From Candidatus Hermodarchaeota archaeon (GTDB lineage Archaea; Asgardarchaeota; Hermodarchaeia; Hermodarchaeales; Hermodarchaeaceae), in the NCBI GenBank assembly GCA_016839365.1, contig JAEOUH010000090.1, positions 1 to 15,581 of the forward strand: a DNA stretch of 15,581 nt, read 5' to 3'. The notes beneath the pieces are model-generated. The model was not told the origin of the DNA. It made no database searches and worked only from the letters and a program-made list of their open reading frames with translations. Shown one piece after another: positions 6,960 through 14,610 of this stretch. Made by a program: the position numbers and the translations under genes. Numbering within the stretch: the stretch's first letter is position 1; each line of letters opens with the position of its first letter.

Positions 6960-8654
6960 TTGAAAACATTAGAGCTTGCCCCCTTAAGTGGGAAAAAATT
7001 GCGGGTCTTCTTAATTAGAAAGGCCTACGACGAACCGTGGCTCATTCATTCGCCTTCTTCTGAATCTGAATCGAAGATTTCTGCAATAAAACGCCCTTCT
7101 ATGGCTTATTGTGATATGATCAAACAGATTGCAGAATCAGAGTCACCAGATTTTGCAACAGATGAATTGGGTCTACGGAGCCTGAAAGAATTCCGTGAAG
7201 ACAGCCCTGTTGCGGATGTATTTTCAAAATTAAAGATTCCTTTTTATGCGGTTGAGATGGACGAAGTCGCCCACTCATACCTCTCACGGAGTATCAAACT
7301 GAAACTGGAAAAGCGCAATGAGGTCTTAGACGGTTTAAGAATTCTATCAGATGAAAAAATTACTCCAAGTGTGCAAGACAAAATCGATCGGCTTGTCGCA
7401 TACGGACAGTATTTGCACGATGAACTTGAAGAGGAAATTAGACAAGTACAATTTGGAATTCGTGAAAGCTGGATTGCTATGGGAATTTTAAACCAAGCTG
7501 AGCTTCTTAAAAAGAAGCGATTAACCGCCTTTCACTTGAGCAGCCCTAGACATTTCCAAGGTATGATGGAACTTTTACAATCCTTAGAGGTGGATGTAGT
7601 CCCAATAAGCTTCAAACGAATTCTTGCGGAAGTGCCTAAAGAGGAAATGAAAGGCATGACGGAACTCACAGGAGTCTCTTCAGTTTCTGTTGTGCCAGTG
7701 ATTAAGCGGCCAAAAACAAAACTCAGTGATATTCTTTTTTTCCTAGAAGCGGATGAACACGCTAGCCCGTTTGATATCTGTGTAGCGTATGACGCAGGAT
7801 TTGATGTTGTAGTTCCATATTCTGGGGTGTCACTTAATCAAATTCAAGACTTAGTCCAAGATGCGATCTTTTCAAGAGGAACCAAAGGAGTAAAGCATCT
7901 CTGCTTCTTTGTTGGAGGCCGGCAGGTTTCAGTAGCCCGTCAAATGGCAGACAGAATTCAGAAGGCAATGGTGAAACCTTTCGAAACTGCAGTAATTATC
8001 GATCCACATGGTGCATTTTCCACTGCGGCGGCTATGGTTGCCAAAGCTGAGGACGCGCTGCGCAAACTGAACCAAGGTTCACTCAAAAGTAACATTGCCT
8101 TAATTCTTGCAGGTACAGGACCAGTTGGAGAGAGTGTGGCTCACTTACTTTCCAAGAGCGGAGCTCTCACAGTATTAACCTCACGAAATATTGAACGGGC
8201 TAAAGAAGTAGCTAACCGGGCATCAATCGAGGGTAATAAAGTAGAAAGGGTTCAATCAACTTCACCTGAGGACATTCATGAACTTCTAGAGGATGCTAAC
8301 CTTATTTTCGCTGTCGGTGCGCCTGGGATTCAATTAGTATCACTCGAACAGCTGCAATCTGTTTTAGGGACAAAAATCCTCTTGGATGTAAATGCTGTAC
8401 CTCCAAGTGGAATCGAATCTCTAACTCCAATAGATGATCTTCGTGAGTTAATCCCTGAAAACTATGGTATTGGTGCGTTGACTATTGGTGATTTAAAACT
8501 CAAGGTGCAGCGTCAGATGCTCCAAGAAGCACGGAAAAACGCTCAAGGCATCTACGATGATGAAACAGCCTTGGACATTGCTCGAAATATCCTCAAAGAA
8601 CAACGTGAAGCGATTAGTAAACCCAAACTCAAAATTGAGGTTGTTACAGCATAG
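6960..8654 (+). CDS. mtdB: NAD(P)-dependent methylene-tetrahydromethanopterin dehydrogenase (MtdB/MtdA family) with an extra about 220-aa N-terminal TraB/TIKI-like domain
   Basis: From about nt 7731: HASPFDICVAYDAGFD, LVQDAIFSRG, FVGGR, DPHGAFSTAAAMVA, Rossmann LAGTGPVG with LTSR, DVNAVPPSGIE, GIGALTIGDLK. Start moved from 6846 to TTG 6960 because AGGTGAT sits immediately upstream. Confidence 0.82.
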   Translation: MKTLELAPLSGKKLRVFLIRKAYDEPWLIHSPSSESESKISAIKRPSMAYCDMIKQIAESESPDFATDELGLRSLKEFREDSPVADVFSKLKIPFYAVEMDEVAHSYLSRSIKLKLEKRNEVLDGLRILSDEKITPSVQDKIDRLVAYGQYLHDELEEEIRQVQFGIRESWIAMGILNQAELLKKKRLTAFHLSSPRHFQGMMELLQSLEVDVVPISFKRILAEVPKEEMKGMTELTGVSSVSVVPVIKRPKTKLSDILFFLEADEHASPFDICVAYDAGFDVVVPYSGVSLNQIQDLVQDAIFSRGTKGVKHLCFFVGGRQVSVARQMADRIQKAMVKPFETAVIIDPHGAFSTAAAMVAKAEDALRKLNQGSLKSNIALILAGTGPVGESVAHLLSKSGALTVLTSRNIERAKEVANRASIEGNKVERVQSTSPEDIHELLEDANLIFAVGAPGIQLVSLEQLQSVLGTKILLDVNAVPPSGIESLTPIDDLRELIPENYGIGALTIGDLKLKVQRQMLQEARKNAQGIYDDETALDIARNILKEQREAISKPKLKIEVVTA

Positions 8655-8755
8655 AGAGACGGGCTTCAAAAACCATCTTGTGTCAATAATGGCAATTATG
8701 TCTTCGAAATCCAACAAGAATGGTAAATAAAACCCCAGAAAACTGCGTGCTCAGA

Positions 8756-8772
8756 ATAAAAGCAGCTTTTAT
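8756..8772. promoter_or_regulatory. Perfect 8-1-8 palindrome ATAAAAGC-A-GCTTTTAT overlapping a TATA-like TTTTAT; candidate operator/promoter of the ADC-family gene
   Basis: Exact inverted repeat read from the sequence, about 40 nt upstream of TTG 8810. Confidence 0.45.
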
Positions 8773-8809
8773 GTTATGCCGCTTCGTTATTACCAAGGAG
8801 GTGAACTGT

Positions 8810-9574
8810 TTGAAACTCGTACGTTCTGAGGAAGAATTTGCTCAGTTGAGGGAGTATTTTGCTAGGGGCTATTTGCTCGATGATGTCACCATGGTAATGG
8901 CCTTATTCCGTACGGATCCAGAGGTCATTAAACGCATCCTACCACCCCCCCTAGAACCTGCACCTAATCCAACTGCCAATGTATATGTTGCGGAGTTTCA
9001 CAAAACCAATTTTGGACCCCCCTACAACGAAGCCGCCCTCTTCCTATCCGCACAATATAAAGGAGAACTCGGTAACTATTGTATGTCGATGCCCGTAACT
9101 GAAGATAACGCTATGTGGGGCGGGCGAGAGAGATATGGATTTCCGAAAAAAATCGCTGAAATTATCCAAGTCAAACGGAAAGGAAATGTCGCCACCGGCA
9201 CCTGCATTCGGCGCGGCCATACCATCTTCAAGTTAACCGTTAAGCTAGCTGGTCCTTTCACCGAGGAAATTCCTTCAACACCGAATTACCTTGTTAAAGC
9301 CTTTCCCAGTGCAACTGGTGAAGGATTTGATTCACCACCGCTTCTTATCCAACAACATAATGAAATCAATTGGGGCGAACGGGAAATCGGTCAAGGCACA
9401 CTTGAAATAGGCGAATCCAACTTTGATCCTTTACATGAAATTCCCGTCCTAGAGGTTCTGATGGCAGGCTATACGACAAACATGCAGATTTGGATGAAAC
9501 CCGGTAAAATCCTCACCCAACTTGACAAGAAACAATATCTCCCATACAGCGCAATTAAGGAAGATTGGCTTTAG
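8810..9574 (+). CDS. Acetoacetate decarboxylase (ADC-like) family protein
   Basis: FRTDPEVIKRILPPPLEP, GPPYNEAAL, GGRERYGFPKK (Schiff-base Lys motif), DPLHEIPV. Start moved to TTG 8810, which follows a strong SD AAGGAGGTGA (8795-8804). Confidence 0.85.
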   Translation: MKLVRSEEEFAQLREYFARGYLLDDVTMVMALFRTDPEVIKRILPPPLEPAPNPTANVYVAEFHKTNFGPPYNEAALFLSAQYKGELGNYCMSMPVTEDNAMWGGRERYGFPKKIAEIIQVKRKGNVATGTCIRRGHTIFKLTVKLAGPFTEEIPSTPNYLVKAFPSATGEGFDSPPLLIQQHNEINWGEREIGQGTLEIGESNFDPLHEIPVLEVLMAGYTTNMQIWMKPGKILTQLDKKQYLPYSAIKEDWL

Positions 9575-9675
9575 CCGAGTCACTTTAAAACTAATAAAAA
9601 ATACCATAAATTGGTAAAGCTTAGAAAGCCAAGTTGAGGAAATGGCAGGCAAAACCAGAGGAATGGTGTTCGGTA

Positions 9676-10587
9676 ATGGAAATTGATAAAGTTCGAACAA
9701 TTTTAATCATTGGCGCTGGGACTATGGGAACACAGATTGGTTTTCAGTGCGCTAGCCACGACTACAGCGTGACTATCTACGATATTAATACAAATCAACT
9801 GAACGCGGCAAAAGCAAAAATTTACGCACTTGCCAAACAATTGGTAACCATTAATTACGTAACGCAAGAAGTGGCAGATGCTGCTCTAGGCCGTATCTCT
9901 TATAGCAGTAACCCCAAAGATGCTGCAGCAGAAGTAGATTTACTCAGCGAATCTGTGACAGAAGACCCTGAAGTAAAAATGGAGGTCTTTAGTCAATTCG
10001 GAAAACTCTGCCCTACTCATACTATTTTCACAACAAACACATCAGGCCTTATACCCTCTATGTTTGCTGATGCTACCAGGAGATCACATCAATTCGCAGC
10101 TCTTCATTTCAATTCCCCAATCTGGTACACTAACATAGTTGAAATTATGCCCCACCCTAAAACATCCAAGACAACAATACAACTACTAGAACTTTTTACC
10201 AAACGAATTGGACTCACCCCTTTCACCCTTAGGAAAGAGAACCCAGGCTATATCATCAACGCTTTACTTCCCCCACTACTCGCAGCAGCAGTCAAGCTAA
10301 AAATGAACGATGTGGCATCCATCGAGGATATTGACCGTGTCTGGATGAATATTACTAAAATGCCTATCGGACCATTTGGCATTCTGGATCATGTCGGATT
10401 AGATGTGGCATTTCATTCAACCAATCTGGTAACAAAAGCTACTGATGATCCCGGGGTTGTCGCAATGCTCAACTTCTACAAAGAATTTATCGATAAAGGT
10501 TGGTTGGGAGAAAAAAGTGGCAGAGGATTTTACACATACCCCAACCCTAAATTCCGACAACCAGGATTCCTGACCGGCGAATCATAG
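9676..10587 (+). CDS. 3-hydroxyacyl-CoA (3-hydroxybutyryl-CoA) dehydrogenase family protein
   Basis: IIGAGTMG, ESVTEDPEVK, FTTNTS, ALHF..P..VEIM, ENPGYIIN, IGPFGILDHVGLD, GWLGEKSGRGFY. ATG 9676 gives the usual N-terminus. Confidence 0.9.
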   Translation: MEIDKVRTILIIGAGTMGTQIGFQCASHDYSVTIYDINTNQLNAAKAKIYALAKQLVTINYVTQEVADAALGRISYSSNPKDAAAEVDLLSESVTEDPEVKMEVFSQFGKLCPTHTIFTTNTSGLIPSMFADATRRSHQFAALHFNSPIWYTNIVEIMPHPKTSKTTIQLLELFTKRIGLTPFTLRKENPGYIINALLPPLLAAAVKLKMNDVASIEDIDRVWMNITKMPIGPFGILDHVGLDVAFHSTNLVTKATDDPGVVAMLNFYKEFIDKGWLGEKSGRGFYTYPNPKFRQPGFLTGES

Positions 10588-10728
10588 TTGAAAAAATAGC
10601 TCTTTCAACAAAGCAAATTATCAATGAAGACAAATAGGTCTTCGAAAGTAGGAATAAAGGCAAATAACACTCTGGAAAGGCTTCTTCGCAAGAAAAGAGG
10701 CGAGAAGGAAGCGGTGCTACTTCCTTCT
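10587..10728. terminator. Cluster of hairpins between convergent genes, possible terminator or RNA-stability elements
   Basis: GTTGAAA-N9-TTTCAAC (10587-10609), GAAGAC-AAATAG-GTCTTC (10626-10643) and AGAAGGAAG-N8-CTTCCTTCT (10703-10728). Confidence 0.35.
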
Positions 10729-10762
10729 GTGACGTGCCTCCCATCCACAGACATGAGAAGGA

Positions 10763-10846
10763 TTATCGAATTCTTCTTTTCCGAATGAAGTATACACTGA
10801 CAACAATGATTGGGATTCCAATAATTAGTCCCGAAATCAGTGTCAT
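10763..10846 (-). CDS. Putative 27-aa single-pass membrane micropeptide MTLISGLIIGIPIIVVSVYFIRKRRIR, or the C-terminal remnant of a membrane-anchored protein gene
   Basis: Manual translation: about 20 hydrophobic residues plus an RKRRIR tail. It is in frame with the ATPase and the frame is open from the ATPase TAG to TAA 10763-10765. No SD motif is visible. Confidence 0.35.
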   Translation of the reverse strand: MTLISGLIIGIPIIVVSVYFIRKRRIR

Positions 10847-10924
10847 TGCGATTGGCGAACCAGGGGAGAAGGAGGGATTGGTGATGTGTAAGATGAGTGG
10901 GTAGTCCCTACCGAAAAGGCCGGG

Positions 10925-13720
10925 CTAGCCCTTGCGCAGTCTCTTCGCTACGAGCTTCCTTATTTCTTCAAGGACTACAACCAGGGATCCGAACAGGACC
11001 ACTCCTACCCATTCATACCAAGCAAGCGGCACAAGTCTGAAGATTGCTGCTAGCGCGGGGACCACAAAGAGGATTCCGACCAGTATGATGTCGATGAGAT
11101 AGACGACGAGTATGTATCGATTCCGAAGGATTCCCATCTCTCGGATTGACTTGGTGGGAGATCTGCAATTTTGGACGCTGAACCACTGGACCACGATGAG
11201 AGTAACGAACATCATTGTCCTAATCTTGTCCTCTGGCAAGCCAAGATACTGGTAGTAGACGATGATAACTAAGGATGCCATGATGCCACCATAGAAGAGC
11301 GCTCTACTGAGGGTTCCCCAAGAAAGAATTCGATCCTTCAGGGAGCCTGGCCCTTCATCCAAGAGCCCCTCCGCTTTTGGCTCGAGAGAGAGAGCAATGT
11401 CTAGCATACCATCGGTAACGAGATTGACCCAAAGGATTTGAATTGGAAGCAGAAGAACAGGATTCACAAAAATCAGGAGTACTGCAATGATAGTGAGGCT
11501 CTCGGCTAGAGTCGTCGATGTCAGAAAGAGAACAACACGCCGGAGCGCGGTCAGGATGTTTCTGCCCTCTTCAATCCCGTCGACTACTGCTTCAAAGCGC
11601 TCGTCCTGCAGCACGATATCGGAGGCCTCCTTGGCGATGTCAGTTCCTGTGACACCCATGGCTATGCCAACGTTAGCTTGTCTTAGTGCTGGGCTGTCAT
11701 TTACGCCATCGCCTGTCATACTGACGAGCTTGTCGAGGCTCTGCAGTGCTTTCACGACCCTGAGCTTGTGGATTGGGCTCGTTCTGGAGAGGACTGAGGC
11801 ACCATGAGTCAGTGCGTCCTGAAGCTGCTGGTCATCCATAGCATCTATCTCATCACCAGTAAATGTCAGGTCTCCTCTCTCCTCAACAAAGATGCCCACT
11901 TCCTGTCCAATTGCCTTGGCTGTAAAGGCATTGTCACCAGTCACCATGATGACAACAATGCCTGCACTGTTTGCTTTCTCGATGTAGTCACGAACTCCTT
12001 CCCTCGGCGGATCGCTAATTCCACAGAGCCCAACGAATGTCATATCTTGGAGGTCCTCGTTGGCGATCTGGGTCTTATCAGAGGGCACCGTCCTGACCGC
12101 GCATGCTAGCATTCTGAGTCCTTGTGAAGCGAACTCCGTTACAATCTCCTCTGTGTTGGAACGGCTCGCAAGGAACTGCTCTATGACCTCTGGGGCTCCC
12201 TTCACTATGACCAGATTTCCAACTCCTTCTGCACCCAGAAGACTGCTGGGCTGATGAAGCGTAGCCATGAATTTCCTCTCGCTATTGAAGGGAATCTCAG
12301 AAATACGTGGCCAGGCCTCATCGAGCACATACTTGTGAAGACCGACCTTCTCCAGCGCCACCAGTAGAGCTGCCTCGGTAGGTGACCCTCTTATCCTCCA
12401 TGCTCGGTCAGCTCCGGTGCAGATTCTCATTGGGTCGTCTTCTGTGAGGCACTCCGAATAGACTTCTGAGTCGTTACAGAGAGCCATCATTGTCATAAGT
12501 CTTTCAAGGTCGAGGTATTCTTTGAGCAGATCCCCCGCGATTCGTTCTTCTGAAGACGACCGGCTCACATCGAGGTCGGGCGAACGCAGGCATCCATCTG
12601 GTCCACAGCCTGCAAGGAAGACCCCGCCGCTTTCGACATCATATCCTGAGCCACTTACCTCGAACATATGGTTCGGAGTGAATATCCTGCGGGTCATCAT
12701 TTGGTTCTTCGTAAGGGTTCCGGTCTTATCCGAGCAAATGACATTGATTAGGCCTAGTGTTTCTACGACACCTAAGTTTCTCACAATGACATTCTTCTGT
12801 GAGAGCGTGTAGACCCCAACAGAGAGCACTATGGTGACAATGGCGATGAGTCCCTCAGGAATCGCAGAAACAAGTGCAGATAGTGAGAACAAAAAGAGCT
12901 CCACAATGGGTATGTTCCGATAGAGCCCCAAGACCACAGTGAGCACCAAGAAGAGCATTGCCACAGCAAGAAAGAAGAGGCTCAATCGCTTTAATCGAAT
13001 CATAATGGTTGGTTCTTTCTTAGCGACGCCCGCGAGCTCCTTGTTGATTTCGCCCAAGGTGGTATTATCACCAGTAGCCAGCACCAGAATACGGGCGCGT
13101 CCTTCAGTGACGTACGAGCCGGCGAAGACCTTGTTGGACTCCTCATAGTAGCGTGGGTTCTCAACCGCGCAGAACACATCCTTCTTGATTGGTACGCTCT
13201 CTCCAGTGAGGAGACTTTCATCGACATGCAGATTGCTCTCGAATAGCACCCTTCCGTCTGCTGGGACCTTCTCTCCAGCTCTGAGAAGGAGCAGGTCTCC
13301 AGGAACCAGCTCCGCAGAGGGGATCTCGGTCTCCTCTCCATCGCGAATGACGAGGGACCTCTGTTCTATGAGTTTCTTGATGGACTCGATGGTTCTTTCT
13401 GCCTTCCACTCTTGGACGAAGCCTATGGTCGCATTGATCAAGAGAATGATTGCGATGACCACTGCATCTATTGCATGGTCTACTAGAACAGAGACAACGG
13501 CTGCAAAAATGAGAACATACACCAGAGGCGATTTGAACTGACGGAGGAAGAGCAAAATGGGGCTCTGCCTTTCCTTCATTGTGAGTTCGTTACGTCCGTA
13601 TTCTAAGAGCTTCTTTTTCACCTCTTCTGGTTTCAGCCCTTCTGGGTCCATACCGAGGCTCATTAGACATTCCGAATAGTCAAGGAGCTCTTCTGGTGGA
13701 GATTCTTTGCTCATGCCCAT
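10925..13720 (-). CDS. Cation-transporting P-type ATPase, type IIA-like (Ca2+/cation, PacL/SERCA-like)
   Basis: YGRNEL, QEWKAE, LVPGD, VPADGR, VDESLLTGES, SAIPEGL, ICSDKTGTLTKNQM, KGAPE, DPPR, MVTGD, MTGDGVND, QILWVNLVTDG. Start could be GTG 13723, ATG 13720 or ATG 13714. Confidence 0.93.
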   Translation of the reverse strand: MGMSKESPPEELLDYSECLMSLGMDPEGLKPEEVKKKLLEYGRNELTMKERQSPILLFLRQFKSPLVYVLIFAAVVSVLVDHAIDAVVIAIILLINATIGFVQEWKAERTIESIKKLIEQRSLVIRDGEETEIPSAELVPGDLLLLRAGEKVPADGRVLFESNLHVDESLLTGESVPIKKDVFCAVENPRYYEESNKVFAGSYVTEGRARILVLATGDNTTLGEINKELAGVAKKEPTIMIRLKRLSLFFLAVAMLFLVLTVVLGLYRNIPIVELFLFSLSALVSAIPEGLIAIVTIVLSVGVYTLSQKNVIVRNLGVVETLGLINVICSDKTGTLTKNQMMTRRIFTPNHMFEVSGSGYDVESGGVFLAGCGPDGCLRSPDLDVSRSSSEERIAGDLLKEYLDLERLMTMMALCNDSEVYSECLTEDDPMRICTGADRAWRIRGSPTEAALLVALEKVGLHKYVLDEAWPRISEIPFNSERKFMATLHQPSSLLGAEGVGNLVIVKGAPEVIEQFLASRSNTEEIVTEFASQGLRMLACAVRTVPSDKTQIANEDLQDMTFVGLCGISDPPREGVRDYIEKANSAGIVVIMVTGDNAFTAKAIGQEVGIFVEERGDLTFTGDEIDAMDDQQLQDALTHGASVLSRTSPIHKLRVVKALQSLDKLVSMTGDGVNDSPALRQANVGIAMGVTGTDIAKEASDIVLQDERFEAVVDGIEEGRNILTALRRVVLFLTSTTLAESLTIIAVLLIFVNPVLLLPIQILWVNLVTDGMLDIALSLEPKAEGLLDEGPGSLKDRILSWGTLSRALFYGGIMASLVIIVYYQYLGLPEDKIRTMMFVTLIVVQWFSVQNCRSPTKSIREMGILRNRYILVVYLIDIILVGILFVVPALAAIFRLVPLAWYEWVGVVLFGSLVVVLEEIRKLVAKRLRKG

Positions 13721-13749
13721 CACTGGTCAGATGGTCTAGGCTTGAGGTC

Positions 13750-13765
13750 CCTATATATGCTTCAT
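13750..13765 (-). promoter_or_regulatory. Candidate BRE/TATA box of the P-type ATPase
   Basis: Minus strand reads GAAGCATATATAGG about 30 nt upstream of the start codons. Confidence 0.4.
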
Positions 13766-14045
13766 GCTGTGTGATGGTTTGAGAGCTAGTACGCCCTCTC
13801 ATTGGGAAAAGGTTCTTGATCATACGTACGCGGGGTGATAGCTCGCTCGCAGCACTATGAAGTACGGGTTGAGAGGAGAAGCAAACAACAGCCCAAGTTT
13901 GTGATGAGGACAAAATCTTCGTTTTTGCGATTGCTCAGAGAGAAGGTACAATTCAGATGGCTGAAGAAACCAAAAAATGAACACTTTTAAGGTAACATAC
14001 AGATGACTTGAACTCCCTTAGGAATTTCGAAAAAGGGTGTAAATC

Positions 14046-14369
14046 ATGTCTGATACAGCTAAGACATTAGTGCTAATCGGTGGCCTTCTGAACTTAATCG
14101 GAGCGCTCATTTTCATCGGGATATTCATTGTATCGTTCGGGTGGTGGTTTACTGATCCAACATTAGCGATATTAGCCTTCGTTATCGGGGGCATATTCCT
14201 AATTCCCGCTATTCTTGGTCTCCTATTTGGTCTACTACCACTTCGATGGCGCGATGAACCAGGACAGCATCGAGTCGGCCTCATCATTATCGGTGTTTTA
14301 ACTATATTCTCGATTGGTGGAATCCTAATCCTAATCGGTGGTATCATCGCAAAGGAAAAAAGCGCTTAA
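14046..14369 (+). CDS. Small Gly-rich integral membrane protein (3-4 TM, 107 aa), function unknown
   Basis: Hydrophobic Gly-rich helices, SD-like AAAGGGTGT before the ATG, and a T-tract after the stop. Confidence 0.75.
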   Translation: MSDTAKTLVLIGGLLNLIGALIFIGIFIVSFGWWFTDPTLAILAFVIGGIFLIPAILGLLFGLLPLRWRDEPGQHRVGLIIIGVLTIFSIGGILILIGGIIAKEKSA

Positions 14370-14391
14370 AATACATCAATGCTTCGATAAG

Positions 14392-14410
14392 TTCTCCCTT
14401 CTTTTTTTCT
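14392..14410 (+). terminator. Archaeal-type pyrimidine/oligo-T terminator
   Basis: TTCTCCCTTCTTTTTTTCT begins about 22 nt after the stop at 14369. Confidence 0.5.
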
Positions 14411-14610
14411 CAAATAATGAGATCTGAACTTGAGATTGAAACCCAAATCTAGTCAAAAAATGATGGCACATTTCTTGCCAGCGTTTGACTCTTTCACAGA
14501 GATGGTTTGTTAGCTAGCGATTTGTCTTCGAAGTTGAAACCAAGAGCGTAATACATGCTGAACTTCCGCTTGCTCTATTTACTGTGCATTGATTTTCCTA
14601 GTCTTTACTT

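Noticed and set aside
10547-10744. 65-aa minus-strand ORF in the convergent spacer
   Set aside because: It overlaps the HACD 3' end, crosses the hairpin cluster and has no recognisable features.
6781-10927. Genome-wide TAG reassignment (pyrrolysine code), since many genes end in TAG
   Set aside because: The TAG codons fall at the expected family C-termini and no gene has an internal TAG, so TAG behaves as a normal stop.
13855-13980. Fragments YEVRV and DEDKIFVFAIAQRE on the + strand, reminiscent of a RelE/ParE toxin C-terminus
   Set aside because: They lie in different frames, are very short, and lack a start or an antitoxin. Too weak to call a pseudogene without a profile search.
14406-14540. 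CRISPR-like ends ATTGAAAC (14435-14442) and GTTGAAAC (14533-14540); the first, read on the minus strand as GTTTCAATCTCAAGTTCAGAT..., resembles a repeat start
   Set aside because: The two copies share only 7 nt, are 98 nt apart, there is no third copy, and no cas genes are present.
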